A stretch of 58,633 nt of DNA from an uncultured Gammaproteobacteria bacterium (GTDB lineage: Bacteria; Patescibacteriota; Patescibacteriia; UBA2196; GWA2-42-15): contig CAZNIO010000008.1 of assembly GCA_964573135.1 (NCBI GenBank), positions 1 through 58,633 of the forward strand. Reading direction: 5' to 3'. Both the position numbers and the translations under genes were made by a program. The notes under the pieces are model-generated. The model was not told the origin of the DNA, made no database searches, and saw only the letters and a program-made list of their open reading frames with translations. How positions within the stretch are numbered: position 1 is the stretch's first letter; each line of letters opens with the position of its first letter. This document shows positions 16,206 to 25,797 of this stretch, in pieces.

Positions 16206-18062
16206 ATGTTTAAAATATCAACGCTTTTGCGTAAAGTCTCAAGCTTATTTAAAAAAACTGACCCATCTCTAAAAAAAGAAAACCCCTCCAAAGGTTTTCC
16301 ATCTTTTAGGCAAATAAAATATTTACCTAAATTCCTTTCTATTAAAGAAAAAATAATCATTCTTTCTGCTTTGATTATTATCATCATCTGCCTTTTATCA
16401 ATCACCTACATTTTCTGGAAAGAAAACTTCATCGACAAACCTGCCTTTGGCGGCACCTACTCTGAAGGTATTGTTGGCTCCCCTCAAAAAATCAATCCAC
16501 TCTACGCTTCAGTTAATGAGGCTGATAGAGATTTAACTCATCTCATCTTTGCTGGCCTTATAAAACAAAACCAGGAACAAGAAATATTGCCCGATCTGGC
16601 CAAAGATTGGTATGTTGATGAAAGCCAAACCAAATATACCTTCACCTTGCGCAACGACATTAAATGGCCCGACGAAAAGCCCTTTAGTGCAGAAGACGTC
16701 ATCTTCACTTTTAATGCCATTCAAAACAAAGACTATCAAAGTCCCTTGCAGTCCACTTGGGAAAACATAACCCTAGAAGCCGTAGATGAATATACCGTAC
16801 AGTTCACCCTACCTAAACCATATAGCGCATTCTTGGAAAACCTGACCGTGGGTATTCTACCCTCTCATCTCTGGCAAGATATCAAAGGAGAAAATGCACC
16901 TCTGGCTCAGCTTAACATCGAACCCATTGGTCTTGGCGCATACAAATTTGAATCATATACCAAAGACAAGCAAGAGCTCCTTAAATCATATACTTTAATT
17001 AGAAATGAAGACTATCATCTTGATTTACCATACATTAAACAAATCACCTTAAAATTCTATCCCAATTTTGAACTAGCCGTTGAAGCTCTCAAGTCAAGGA
17101 GTATTGATGGTTTAAATTTTCTCCCACAAAACTTAAAAAGTTTTCTAGAAAACAGAAAAGACCTAAACTACTACTCTCTTTCTTTACCTCAATACACCGC
17201 TATCTTCTTCAATCAATCAAAAAATGAATTACTTAAAGATATAAATATAAGGAAAGCATTGAGCTTAAGTATTAATAAAGATAAAATCATAGCTACAGCT
17301 CTTGACGGACAAGGCTTAGCCATTGACGGGCCTCTACTACCTGGCTTTCCGGGGTATAATTTAAATCAAGATTCATTTATTCCAGACGTTGATAAAGCAA
17401 AGCAAATATTACAAAATCTGGGTTGGAAGAAAAAAGAAATCATCCCCCAAAAAAACGAAGAAAACAATGAAGCAACCTCAACTGACACTCATATATCTCC
17501 AGAAGTTGATGCCAATGGACTTTCTAAATTCCTCTATAAAAACGATAAAGAACTAACCATTGCTATTACACTCTCAGATCAACCGCAATCAGTAGCCGTA
17601 GCCGAGCTAATCCAAAAATACTGGCAAGCCATTGGTGTTCGCACACATCTCAAAATTTTCGATCCAAAACAAATTCAAAACGATATTATTACTCCAAGGG
17701 AATTTGAAGCTCTACTTTTTGGAGAAATACTAGGTAGCGATAAAGATCTTTACGCCTTCTGGCACTCCAGTCAAGCCGATGAACATGGGCTTAATCTAGC
17801 TAACTATAAATATTCAACGGCCGATCAACTGCTCGAAAAAGCCAAAATAGAAGAGGATTATGACAAGCAAGCAGAGCACTATAAACAATTTCAAGATATT
17901 CTCATACAGCAAATACCCGCCATCTTCCTATATAATCCAAACTACACTTACGTAGTCTCAGATAAAATTAAAGGTATCGATTTGGAGCGGATTATCACTC
18001 CTACCGATCGCCTAATACATATTGAGTCTTGGTATATTCGAACCAAAAAAGGACTCAAATAA
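16206..18062 (+). CDS. Peptide/nickel ABC transporter substrate-binding protein (family 5) with an N-terminal membrane anchor
   Basis: GGTYSEGIVGSPQKINP, LPDLAKDW, YTFTLRNDIKWPD..FSAEDVIFTF, PIGLGAYKF, IRKALSLSINK, PAIFLY. Confidence 0.9.
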   Translation: MFKISTLLRKVSSLFKKTDPSLKKENPSKGFPSFRQIKYLPKFLSIKEKIIILSALIIIIICLLSITYIFWKENFIDKPAFGGTYSEGIVGSPQKINPLYASVNEADRDLTHLIFAGLIKQNQEQEILPDLAKDWYVDESQTKYTFTLRNDIKWPDEKPFSAEDVIFTFNAIQNKDYQSPLQSTWENITLEAVDEYTVQFTLPKPYSAFLENLTVGILPSHLWQDIKGENAPLAQLNIEPIGLGAYKFESYTKDKQELLKSYTLIRNEDYHLDLPYIKQITLKFYPNFELAVEALKSRSIDGLNFLPQNLKSFLENRKDLNYYSLSLPQYTAIFFNQSKNELLKDINIRKALSLSINKDKIIATALDGQGLAIDGPLLPGFPGYNLNQDSFIPDVDKAKQILQNLGWKKKEIIPQKNEENNEATSTDTHISPEVDANGLSKFLYKNDKELTIAITLSDQPQSVAVAELIQKYWQAIGVRTHLKIFDPKQIQNDIITPREFEALLFGEILGSDKDLYAFWHSSQADEHGLNLANYKYSTADQLLEKAKIEEDYDKQAEHYKQFQDILIQQIPAIFLYNPNYTYVVSDKIKGIDLERIITPTDRLIHIESWYIRTKKGLK

Positions 18063-18139
18063 GCTCCGCCCTTCAATCTCCTTACACTATTTTAAATTTC
18101 AAAAATTTAAAATACCTTATCATTCATTACTCTCATCTC

Positions 18140-18223
18140 GCCGATGTGGTGAAACTGGTATACACGCTAGCTTCAGAAGCTAGTGGGAGCAATCCCGTGT
18201 GGGTTCGAGTCCCACCATCGGCA
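18140..18223 (+). tRNA. tRNA-Leu (anticodon CAG), CCA not encoded
   Basis: GCCGATG/CATCGGC acceptor, CTAGC-TT CAG AA-GCTAG, long variable arm, GTGGG-TTCGAGT-CCCAC. Confidence 0.93.
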
Positions 18224-18283
18224 TTGACTCGCTTTCTCTTTTCATTAACTAAATTAATAACTAAATATATTAAATAAATTTTT

Positions 18284-20290
18284 ATGTACAAAAAACCATT
18301 AAAAGGCCCTGCTCCTAGAAATCCTAGACGCAGAACGCCAACTACGCATTCCCCAAATACCAAACGGACAATTTCACGTCCGCAAGTTAGGGCTGCACAA
18401 ACTAACACAAAAATAGCTCCATCACCCTATTCCCGCACTCGTCGCAATCCCATGCTCTCACTCGCAGACTCCAAAAGAAGCCTGCCCCAAAAACCGAAAG
18501 TCAAACCAGCCAGGACAAAACACGCTCCAGCCAGAAAAGTATCCTCTCGACCCAAACCTACTCACATCACACCCGTAAAAACCATGCGTTCTCCCAAGGG
18601 AATCCTACGCATTATCCCTCTTGGCGGCTGCGAAGAAGTTGGACGAAATATGACTCTCTTCGAATATTTCAAACACGGTCAAGAAAAAAACAAGGATATT
18701 ATCATCCTTGATATGGGTTTACAATTCCCAGAAGAAGACATGCCCGGTATTGACTATATCATCCCCAATATTGAATATCTAAAAGGTCAAGAAAAAAATA
18801 TTCGTGCCGTAATCTTTTCTCATGGCCATCTTGATCACATTGGCGCTGCCCCTATTTTACTTGAAAAACTGGGCAACCCTATGATTATCGGCCGTGATCT
18901 AACCATTGAGATGCTACGCCATCGCCAAGAAGACTACAAAAAGGGTACCAGCAAAAACCTAAAAATATCATATATTAAATCCCTCGATGATAAATTTACC
19001 TTTGGTGATATGACCTGTAAATTTTTTGCCGTCGAGCACTCCATTAAGGATGCTGTGGGACTAATTTTAGAGACTCCATCTGGAACAGTTATTCATCCCG
19101 GTGATTGGACCATGGAAGATGATCCACAAGGCAGACCCCTGGTCGACTATTCCCATTTAGCCAACGTTAAAACGCCGACCATACTCATGCTAGAAGCTCT
19201 GGCCGTACAACACAAAGAAGACACTAAAAAAATCACTGAGCGTGAAATGTTCGATAACCTAACGAAAATTATAGATGAGGCACCCGGCAGAATCATCATC
19301 GGTACCTTTGCCTCACAAGTCGAGCGTATCAAACAAATTATTGATATCGCCTCGACTCGTGGCAAAAAAATAGCCCTTGATGGTTTCAGCATGAAAATGC
19401 ATATCGAAATTGCCGAAAAACTAGGTTATATCAAAATCAAAAAAGGTTCTGTCATCAAAATCAATGATATTTCTAAATATGATGAGAAAAAACTGGTTAT
19501 TCTAGCCACTGGTTCTCAAGGCGAAAGCAATGCCGTACTTTCACGTATTGTTAATAGCAATCACAGATACATTACTCTTAAAAAAAGTGATACCATTGTT
19601 TTCTCCTCGTCTGTCATTCCAGGCAACGAACGAACGATTCAAAGACTAAAAGATAATCTATATCGATTATCCGATAATGTAATTCATTCAGACATTATGG
19701 ACGTTCACATTTCTGGCCACGGCAACCAAGGAGATATCATTAAAATGTTGCGCCAAATTCAACCTACCTATTTTATCCCTGTTTACTCCAACCATTACAT
19801 GCTTAAAGAGGCTGCTAAACTTGCCGAACGGCAAGGTTTTATAAAAAGCAACATCTTTGTTCCAGATAATGGATCAGTTCTAGAATTCCCAACTCAAGGC
19901 AAAGCCAAGGTACTCACTAAAAAAGTAAACACTGATTATGTCTTTGTTGATGGGCTTGGTATCGGAGACATTTCGCACCTCGTCCTGCGTGATCGCCGAG
20001 TAATGGCTGAAGACGGTATGATAGTTGTAATATGTACAATCGACAAAAAAACAGGCCAGCTGCTCCACTCCCCTGATCTTATATCTCGTGGTTTTATCTA
20101 TATGAAAGAAAGTAAAAAACTGGTCTCAGACACGCGTTCGAAAGTAAAAACAATACTCAAAAAAACTGACCCAAAAGTTGAAGCCTTCCCTGATTTTATA
20201 AAAAATAAAATCCGCAATGATATTGGACAATTTCTTTTCCAAAAAACAGCAAGGCGACCCATGGTCTTGCCAGTAGTCATACAGGTATAG
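18284..20290 (+). CDS. rnj: Ribonuclease J with a ~105-aa basic low-complexity N-terminal extension
   Basis: IIPLGGCEEVGRNM, SHGHLDHIG, HSIKD, GDW, HISGH, RRPMVLPVV. Confidence 0.95.
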   Translation: MYKKPLKGPAPRNPRRRTPTTHSPNTKRTISRPQVRAAQTNTKIAPSPYSRTRRNPMLSLADSKRSLPQKPKVKPARTKHAPARKVSSRPKPTHITPVKTMRSPKGILRIIPLGGCEEVGRNMTLFEYFKHGQEKNKDIIILDMGLQFPEEDMPGIDYIIPNIEYLKGQEKNIRAVIFSHGHLDHIGAAPILLEKLGNPMIIGRDLTIEMLRHRQEDYKKGTSKNLKISYIKSLDDKFTFGDMTCKFFAVEHSIKDAVGLILETPSGTVIHPGDWTMEDDPQGRPLVDYSHLANVKTPTILMLEALAVQHKEDTKKITEREMFDNLTKIIDEAPGRIIIGTFASQVERIKQIIDIASTRGKKIALDGFSMKMHIEIAEKLGYIKIKKGSVIKINDISKYDEKKLVILATGSQGESNAVLSRIVNSNHRYITLKKSDTIVFSSSVIPGNERTIQRLKDNLYRLSDNVIHSDIMDVHISGHGNQGDIIKMLRQIQPTYFIPVYSNHYMLKEAAKLAERQGFIKSNIFVPDNGSVLEFPTQGKAKVLTKKVNTDYVFVDGLGIGDISHLVLRDRRVMAEDGMIVVICTIDKKTGQLLHSPDLISRGFIYMKESKKLVSDTRSKVKTILKKTDPKVEAFPDFIKNKIRNDIGQFLFQKTARRPMVLPVVIQV

Positions 20291-20295
20291 AAAAA

Positions 20296-20324
20296 TTGAC
20301 CAATTATCTTAAATAGCTTACCAT
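20296..20324 (+). promoter_or_regulatory. Promoter of trpS
   Basis: TTGACC, 17 nt, TACCAT; 8 nt to the ATG at 20333. Confidence 0.55.
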
Positions 20325-20332
20325 TAAATTAT

Positions 20333-21328
20333 ATGGAGCAAGCACAACCTCAAAAAATATTCTCTGGTATCCAGCCAACCGGGGAACTACATATTGGTAA
20401 CTATTTAGGAGCCATCAAGCAATTTGTCGAATTACAACATAAAATAGAGTCCATATTTTGTGTGGTCGATTATCATTCCTTAACAGAAAATTTCGACCCC
20501 AAAATAAAGCAAGAGCAAATCATCAATACAGCTATTGATTACCTGGCCTGTGGTATTGACCCAGATAAGGCCACTCTTTTTGTCCAATCCCATGTCAATG
20601 GACACACCGAACTTGCCTGGATACTAAACTGTATCACTCCAATGGCTGAGCTTGAAAGGATGACGCAATACAAAGATAAATCAAAAAACCAAAAAAGTAA
20701 TATAAATGTGGGTTTATTTGATTATCCTGTACTTATGGCCGCTGATATCTTGCTCTACAAAGCAGACTTAGTTCCCGTTGGCGAAGATCAAACCCAACAT
20801 GTTGAACTTACTAGAATTATTGCTAAAAAATTCAACAATAGGTTCGGTGATACTTTCCCAGAGACAAAAGTAAAACTTAATAAAACCGCCAGAGTTATGT
20901 CACTCCAAGACCCAGCCAAAAAGATGTCAAAATCCCACGGCCCGAAATCATATATTGCCTTGAGTGACTCCCCTGACGTTATAAAAGAAAAAATCAGTAA
21001 GGCCGTTACAGACTCCGGTAGCGCCAAAGACTCAAAAACCAATGGCGGTAAAAACCTACTAGATTTATTTACTATTTTTGTTGACGATGAAAGTATTACC
21101 AAACAATTTGAAAATGATTACCAAAACGGGGAACTGAAATATTCCAAACTAAAACCCATGCTGGCCAATGTCATTGTTCAAGCCCTAAAACCAATCCAGG
21201 AAAAACGTATTGAGCTCAATAAAAATCAAGACCATGTCCTTGAAATCCTAGAGCAAGGCAAAGACAAAGCAGACAAAATCGCCCAAGCTACAGTTAAGGA
21301 AGTTAAAGAAAAAATTGGTTTGATATAA
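20333..21328 (+). CDS. trpS: Tryptophan--tRNA ligase
   Basis: FSGIQPTGELHIGNYLG (HIGH-like), VPVGEDQTQH, KMSKS. Confidence 0.97.
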   Translation: MEQAQPQKIFSGIQPTGELHIGNYLGAIKQFVELQHKIESIFCVVDYHSLTENFDPKIKQEQIINTAIDYLACGIDPDKATLFVQSHVNGHTELAWILNCITPMAELERMTQYKDKSKNQKSNINVGLFDYPVLMAADILLYKADLVPVGEDQTQHVELTRIIAKKFNNRFGDTFPETKVKLNKTARVMSLQDPAKKMSKSHGPKSYIALSDSPDVIKEKISKAVTDSGSAKDSKTNGGKNLLDLFTIFVDDESITKQFENDYQNGELKYSKLKPMLANVIVQALKPIQEKRIELNKNQDHVLEILEQGKDKADKIAQATVKEVKEKIGLI

Positions 21329-21346
21329 ATTTAATATAAAAATAAT

Positions 21347-21868
21347 ATGCCTACTAAAAATAATAAAATTCATTTCATAATCACCGGCGGAACCATCGAT
21401 TCATATTATGACGGAACAAAAGACACAGCGTGCCCCAACGAACAATCAATTGTTCCAAATTATCTCAAACTTATCAAACTTTACGACGAAATCAGCCACA
21501 CAATCGTCTGCCTAAAAGACAGCCGGGAAATCACCTCAAAAGACAGGCAAAAAATATTGAGAGTTATCCAAAACTGCAAGACAAAAAAAATAATAATCAC
21601 CCATGGTACATACACTCTTCCAGACACTGCTAGATATCTCAATGCTCATCTCAAAAATAACAAGAAGACTATTATTTTTGTCTGCTCAATGATCCCGCTG
21701 GTTGGCTTCACTCCTACAGACGCGGGCTTTAATCTTGGTTATGCTTTTGCCAAAGCACAGGAACTGCCAGCCGGCATTTATGTATGTATGAATGGAAAAG
21801 TATTTACCCCCGAAGAAGTTATTAAAATTTTATCAGAGGCAAGATTTAGCTCTATATATACAAAATAG
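21347..21868 (+). CDS. Short single-domain L-asparaginase-like protein
   Basis: TGGTIDS, LKDSREIT, ITHGTYT (canonical HGTDT), DAGFNLGYA, GIYVCMNG. Confidence 0.8.
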   Translation: MPTKNNKIHFIITGGTIDSYYDGTKDTACPNEQSIVPNYLKLIKLYDEISHTIVCLKDSREITSKDRQKILRVIQNCKTKKIIITHGTYTLPDTARYLNAHLKNNKKTIIFVCSMIPLVGFTPTDAGFNLGYAFAKAQELPAGIYVCMNGKVFTPEEVIKILSEARFSSIYTK

Positions 21869-21887
21869 CAATCTACCTATACAACAC

Positions 21888-21924
21888 TTTAAAACCCCAG
21901 TTCAATATGAACTGGGGTTTTAAA
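21888..21924. terminator. Bidirectional terminator / palindromic repeat, copy 1
   Basis: TTTAAAACCCCAGTTCA-ATA-TGAACTGGGGTTTTAAA between convergent genes. Confidence 0.8.
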
Positions 21925-21945
21925 ATACTCTAATATTTTAACTAA

Positions 21946-24369
21946 TTATCTTCCCAGCTCACTAGTTAATCTTTTAAAATCCCTCCCTTTCTCTCTATAA
22001 TCCTTATAATAATCATAACTTGATGCCGCAGGCGACAAAAGAACAGCGCTACCTTGAGAACTATATTTGTAACACGCTCGCACAGTCTCTTCCATGTTCT
22101 TAACATAAATTTTATTCACTCCACTATTTTTAATCCTCTTGCCAATTCTCTCTCCAACATGTGGCCATAAAATAACATTCTTAATTTTGGAACCCATAAT
22201 CTTTCTAGCTAATTTCCTATAATCCAACCCCCTATCCATACCACCTACAATTATTGTCTCCAAATTCTTATCTTTTAAAGCACTAATTGCCTCGATGGTC
22301 GATTCTGGAGTAGTAGATAATACATCATTATAAAACTCAATTCCCTTATATTTACCAACATATTCCAATCTGTGTTCTAAACCCTTAAAACTCTTAATTG
22401 CCTCTTCAGTTTTCTTTTCATTAATTCCAAATAATTTTGCCATCTCAATTACCCCCGAAATATTCTCCAAGTTGTGTTTGCCAATTAATTTTGTTTCACC
22501 TTCGTACTCTCCTCTATATCCCACGCTCTTAACTTTATTGTCCTTAATAAACTTCTCTACCTTCTTATATTTTCTATTACAAACCGCTACTCCCTTATCT
22601 TTTAAATTCAAAACAATATTCATTTTAGCTTTAAAATATTCATTCAAGCTCCCATGATAATCTAAGTGTTCTGGAAAAAATGAAGTAATTAAAGATACAT
22701 CAATTTTCTTTTCTTTCAGAACACTTAGTTGATAGGATGACATTTCGATTACAAAAATTGTGTCTTTATTATCACCCTTCAAATAATCCAAAACTGGACT
22801 TCCAATGTTGCCGGCCAAAACTACTTTTTTGCCGGCTTTTCTTAAAATATGATAAATCAAACTAGCGCTAGTGCTCTTCCCCTTGCTACCAGTCACACCA
22901 ACTATCTTGCCTTGTACTTCACGTAAAAAAATATCTAAATTACTGGTAATATTTAAATCTTGCCTTTTTAATTTTATCCCTGGTGATTTAACCACTACTC
23001 TAAATTTGTCTAAAGACTTTAAATAATTTTTACCTAGATATAATTCTAATTTCTTATCATTCCTCAAAACTTTACCATATTCTCCTTTAAAATCCTTCAA
23101 ATTATTCTTATCAGCCACGCCAATTATCATTTCAGGGTATTTCTTTCTCAAATATTTGTACGTCGACAATCCCTCTCTACCAAATCCTAAAATTAAATAC
23201 TTACTCTTATTGGCCATCTCAATGGCTCTCTTAACTTCCTCAGGTGTTCCCACACACTCAAATGGTTTATGATTCTTAGTACCTAAAAGTTCCTCCAAAT
23301 ACAATTTATATTTCTTATTCTTGGTTATATCTTTACCAAAAATATTAATCAACTCTTCTTTTAATAAATAGGCTCCTAGCATTGTCCAAATAAATACACA
23401 TTTTGGACACTCCCCACACCATTTCTGCTTACTCTCCCCACTTAACTTAAAATTTGCCAAATTACAACTTGAAAAAACTGGAAAATACTTTTTATATTTT
23501 ACAAATTCCTCAACGATTTGCAGCTCATTGAATTTTCTAAGCAAACTATAATACCTAACACTTGGGGTGATAAACTTTTTCAAATAAGCACTAAACATTT
23601 TCTCAAATTCATATGATTTACTCCATTGATGATTAACCATTTGACCCAAATATTTTACATTGCCATAATTGGAACTCTTCTCATTTGATAAAATTATTAA
23701 TCTATACCCATATAAGATACTATTTACCGCACTCAAAAAAGCTATATAAGCCGAAAAAGGTATATGCCCATTATATACTCCTCGTAATTTAAATAAATTT
23801 GACGATAACTCTCTTTTGATTACTCGTAAATCTTTGCCAGCCACCTTAGCCACTTCTCGCGAAATAGCTAAATCACGCAAAGAATAAACATCAAATTGGT
23901 TACTCTGTTTTTTTAACATCTCCATTGCCACGATAGAATCTTTCCCTCCGCCCAAGGGAACTAAACTCCTATTACCCATCTTAACTTTAACTGGCTTAAC
24001 TATATAATCTTTATCATAAGAAAATTTTATCAAACCCCTATAATCAATCTTATTTACATAAAAAAATTCACCCAAACCCTTGGTATATACCTTATTCCAA
24101 AAACTAGCTTGTTCTTTAGTTAATTTATACTCTCCCAAATCAATTACCTTAGGACAATATGTCTTATAATACGAAATACCTGCAATTAAAAATAAATTGA
24201 ACAACGCCTTATCAAATGCCACCTTATTTATTTTACTAAAATTAACCCCTCTCATGGGAAAAACCAACTTTTCCTTAAATTTCAATTTATCCAAAGAATA
24301 CTCAAAAACAGTAACCCCTGTTTTTTGGTTAAAACTATATTTTTCAAATTTAAAAACTTTTTCTATCAT
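21946..24369 (-). CDS. murL-murD2: Fusion of a MurL-like UDP-MurNAc-L-Ala-L-Glu epimerase (aa ~1-385) and a MurD/MurD2 ligase (aa ~388-807)
   Basis: N part: PLGGGKDS, YNGHIPFSA, SNEKSS, VNHQWSKS, WCGECPKC, KPFECVG. C part: LILGFGREG, GVTGSKGKST, EMSSYQL, EHLDYH, GLEHRLE, NDVLSTTPES, LLSPAASS. Confidence 0.8.
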   Translation of the reverse strand: MIEKVFKFEKYSFNQKTGVTVFEYSLDKLKFKEKLVFPMRGVNFSKINKVAFDKALFNLFLIAGISYYKTYCPKVIDLGEYKLTKEQASFWNKVYTKGLGEFFYVNKIDYRGLIKFSYDKDYIVKPVKVKMGNRSLVPLGGGKDSIVAMEMLKKQSNQFDVYSLRDLAISREVAKVAGKDLRVIKRELSSNLFKLRGVYNGHIPFSAYIAFLSAVNSILYGYRLIILSNEKSSNYGNVKYLGQMVNHQWSKSYEFEKMFSAYLKKFITPSVRYYSLLRKFNELQIVEEFVKYKKYFPVFSSCNLANFKLSGESKQKWCGECPKCVFIWTMLGAYLLKEELINIFGKDITKNKKYKLYLEELLGTKNHKPFECVGTPEEVKRAIEMANKSKYLILGFGREGLSTYKYLRKKYPEMIIGVADKNNLKDFKGEYGKVLRNDKKLELYLGKNYLKSLDKFRVVVKSPGIKLKRQDLNITSNLDIFLREVQGKIVGVTGSKGKSTSASLIYHILRKAGKKVVLAGNIGSPVLDYLKGDNKDTIFVIEMSSYQLSVLKEKKIDVSLITSFFPEHLDYHGSLNEYFKAKMNIVLNLKDKGVAVCNRKYKKVEKFIKDNKVKSVGYRGEYEGETKLIGKHNLENISGVIEMAKLFGINEKKTEEAIKSFKGLEHRLEYVGKYKGIEFYNDVLSTTPESTIEAISALKDKNLETIIVGGMDRGLDYRKLARKIMGSKIKNVILWPHVGERIGKRIKNSGVNKIYVKNMEETVRACYKYSSQGSAVLLSPAASSYDYYKDYREKGRDFKRLTSELGR

Positions 24370-24372
24370 AAA

Positions 24373-25794
24373 TTAATCTAAACTTTCAACATTCACCCCA
24401 AAACTCCAATCAACCTCGTTATAACTATGTAACAACTTATTGATGTACCCCTTCAGCTTATCATATTCGTCCTGGGTCTTAGATTCAAACTTTATTGTTA
24501 AATATGGCCCATTTTGTGAATATCGTATAACAAACATTGCGGTTTCCATATCAAGACGTACTCCATCTCCTGCCCTCTCGTCGTCAATCACTTCTGCGTC
24601 CTTCCAATCTCCTTTTAATTTTTTTGCAATTTTACTCATCAGCGCCACCTTCTTATCATCAGGACAACCCACCTTAATTTCAGGACTTGAAATATATTTT
24701 GGCAAGTCGGCCACTGCTTCACTCAAAGTCTGATTAATTCGTGAGAGATAGTCAAGTAAACGTAATGTGGCATAACAACCGTCATCATGGTTATAAAAAT
24801 CAGCAGAAAAGAAAAAGTGACCTGATAATTCACCAATAAAAGGTGCACCCACCTCTTGATTTTTCTTTTTCAAGAAACCATGACCCGTTCTCCATATAAA
24901 TGGCTCTCCACCATACTTCTCTACTGTTTCTTCAACTACTTTGGAACAAAGGGTGTTATACATAATGTTCTCGCCAGGATGACCGTTTAATACATCGATA
25001 GCAAACAAGGCCAACAAAACGTCATTCCAAATAATATTTCCTTTTTCATCAACCACACCAATTCGATCACCATCGCTATCATAAGACAACCCAATATCAG
25101 CTTTAGCCTCTAAAACCTCCCTTGATAATCGCTCAGCTAAAACCAACTCTGTCGGATCTGGTATACCCAACGGAAAGTTGCCATCCAAATCACAATTTTT
25201 TTCAACAACTTCGCAGCCAACACGGCGCAACAAATCAGGTATAATCACCCCAGGGGTTGACTTGGCTGGATCGATTACCACCTTTAACCCCTTTTTGATA
25301 TTAAATCTTTTAATCAAATCATCAAAATAAATATCATTAACGTCCTCCTCTTCACTCTTGCCGGGCTTATCAGCTACAACATAATCTTGCTCTTCAACCA
25401 TATCTACTAATTTTTCCAACTGATCACCGATCATTGCCTCTGAATAATCTTCTGATATCTTAAATCCGTTATATTCTGATGGATTATGTGAAGCCGTAAT
25501 CATAACTGTTCCTACTGTCTTAAAATGATACTGACACCAATAAATATGACCCACTAAACTAAGACCCAAATCTATTACGTCAAGACCAGTAGATAAAATG
25601 CCCTTAACAAAACAGTTTTTAAATTCTTCGCTGGTTAATCTTGCGTCTCGACCAACTATAATCTTATCCATGCCTTTGCGAGACATATATGTCCCATAGG
25701 CTTTACCAAAGTGCTCCATAATCTCAGGCGTTAAATCCTCGCCAGCTACACCCCGAATATCATAACCACGTATTATATGACGATTAATTTTCAT
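24373..25794 (-). CDS. Phosphomannomutase/phosphoglucomutase
   Basis: RGYDIRG, TASHNP, YDSDGDRIG, RTGH, GELSGH, RYSQNGP. Confidence 0.93.
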   Translation of the reverse strand: MKINRHIIRGYDIRGVAGEDLTPEIMEHFGKAYGTYMSRKGMDKIIVGRDARLTSEEFKNCFVKGILSTGLDVIDLGLSLVGHIYWCQYHFKTVGTVMITASHNPSEYNGFKISEDYSEAMIGDQLEKLVDMVEEQDYVVADKPGKSEEEDVNDIYFDDLIKRFNIKKGLKVVIDPAKSTPGVIIPDLLRRVGCEVVEKNCDLDGNFPLGIPDPTELVLAERLSREVLEAKADIGLSYDSDGDRIGVVDEKGNIIWNDVLLALFAIDVLNGHPGENIMYNTLCSKVVEETVEKYGGEPFIWRTGHGFLKKKNQEVGAPFIGELSGHFFFSADFYNHDDGCYATLRLLDYLSRINQTLSEAVADLPKYISSPEIKVGCPDDKKVALMSKIAKKLKGDWKDAEVIDDERAGDGVRLDMETAMFVIRYSQNGPYLTIKFESKTQDEYDKLKGYINKLLHSYNEVDWSFGVNVESLD

Positions 25795-25797
25795 AAC

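Noticed and set aside
18029-18408. ORFs 18029-18277 (+) and 18133-18408 (-)
   Set aside because: They run through tRNA-Leu(CAG), so the open frames are incidental
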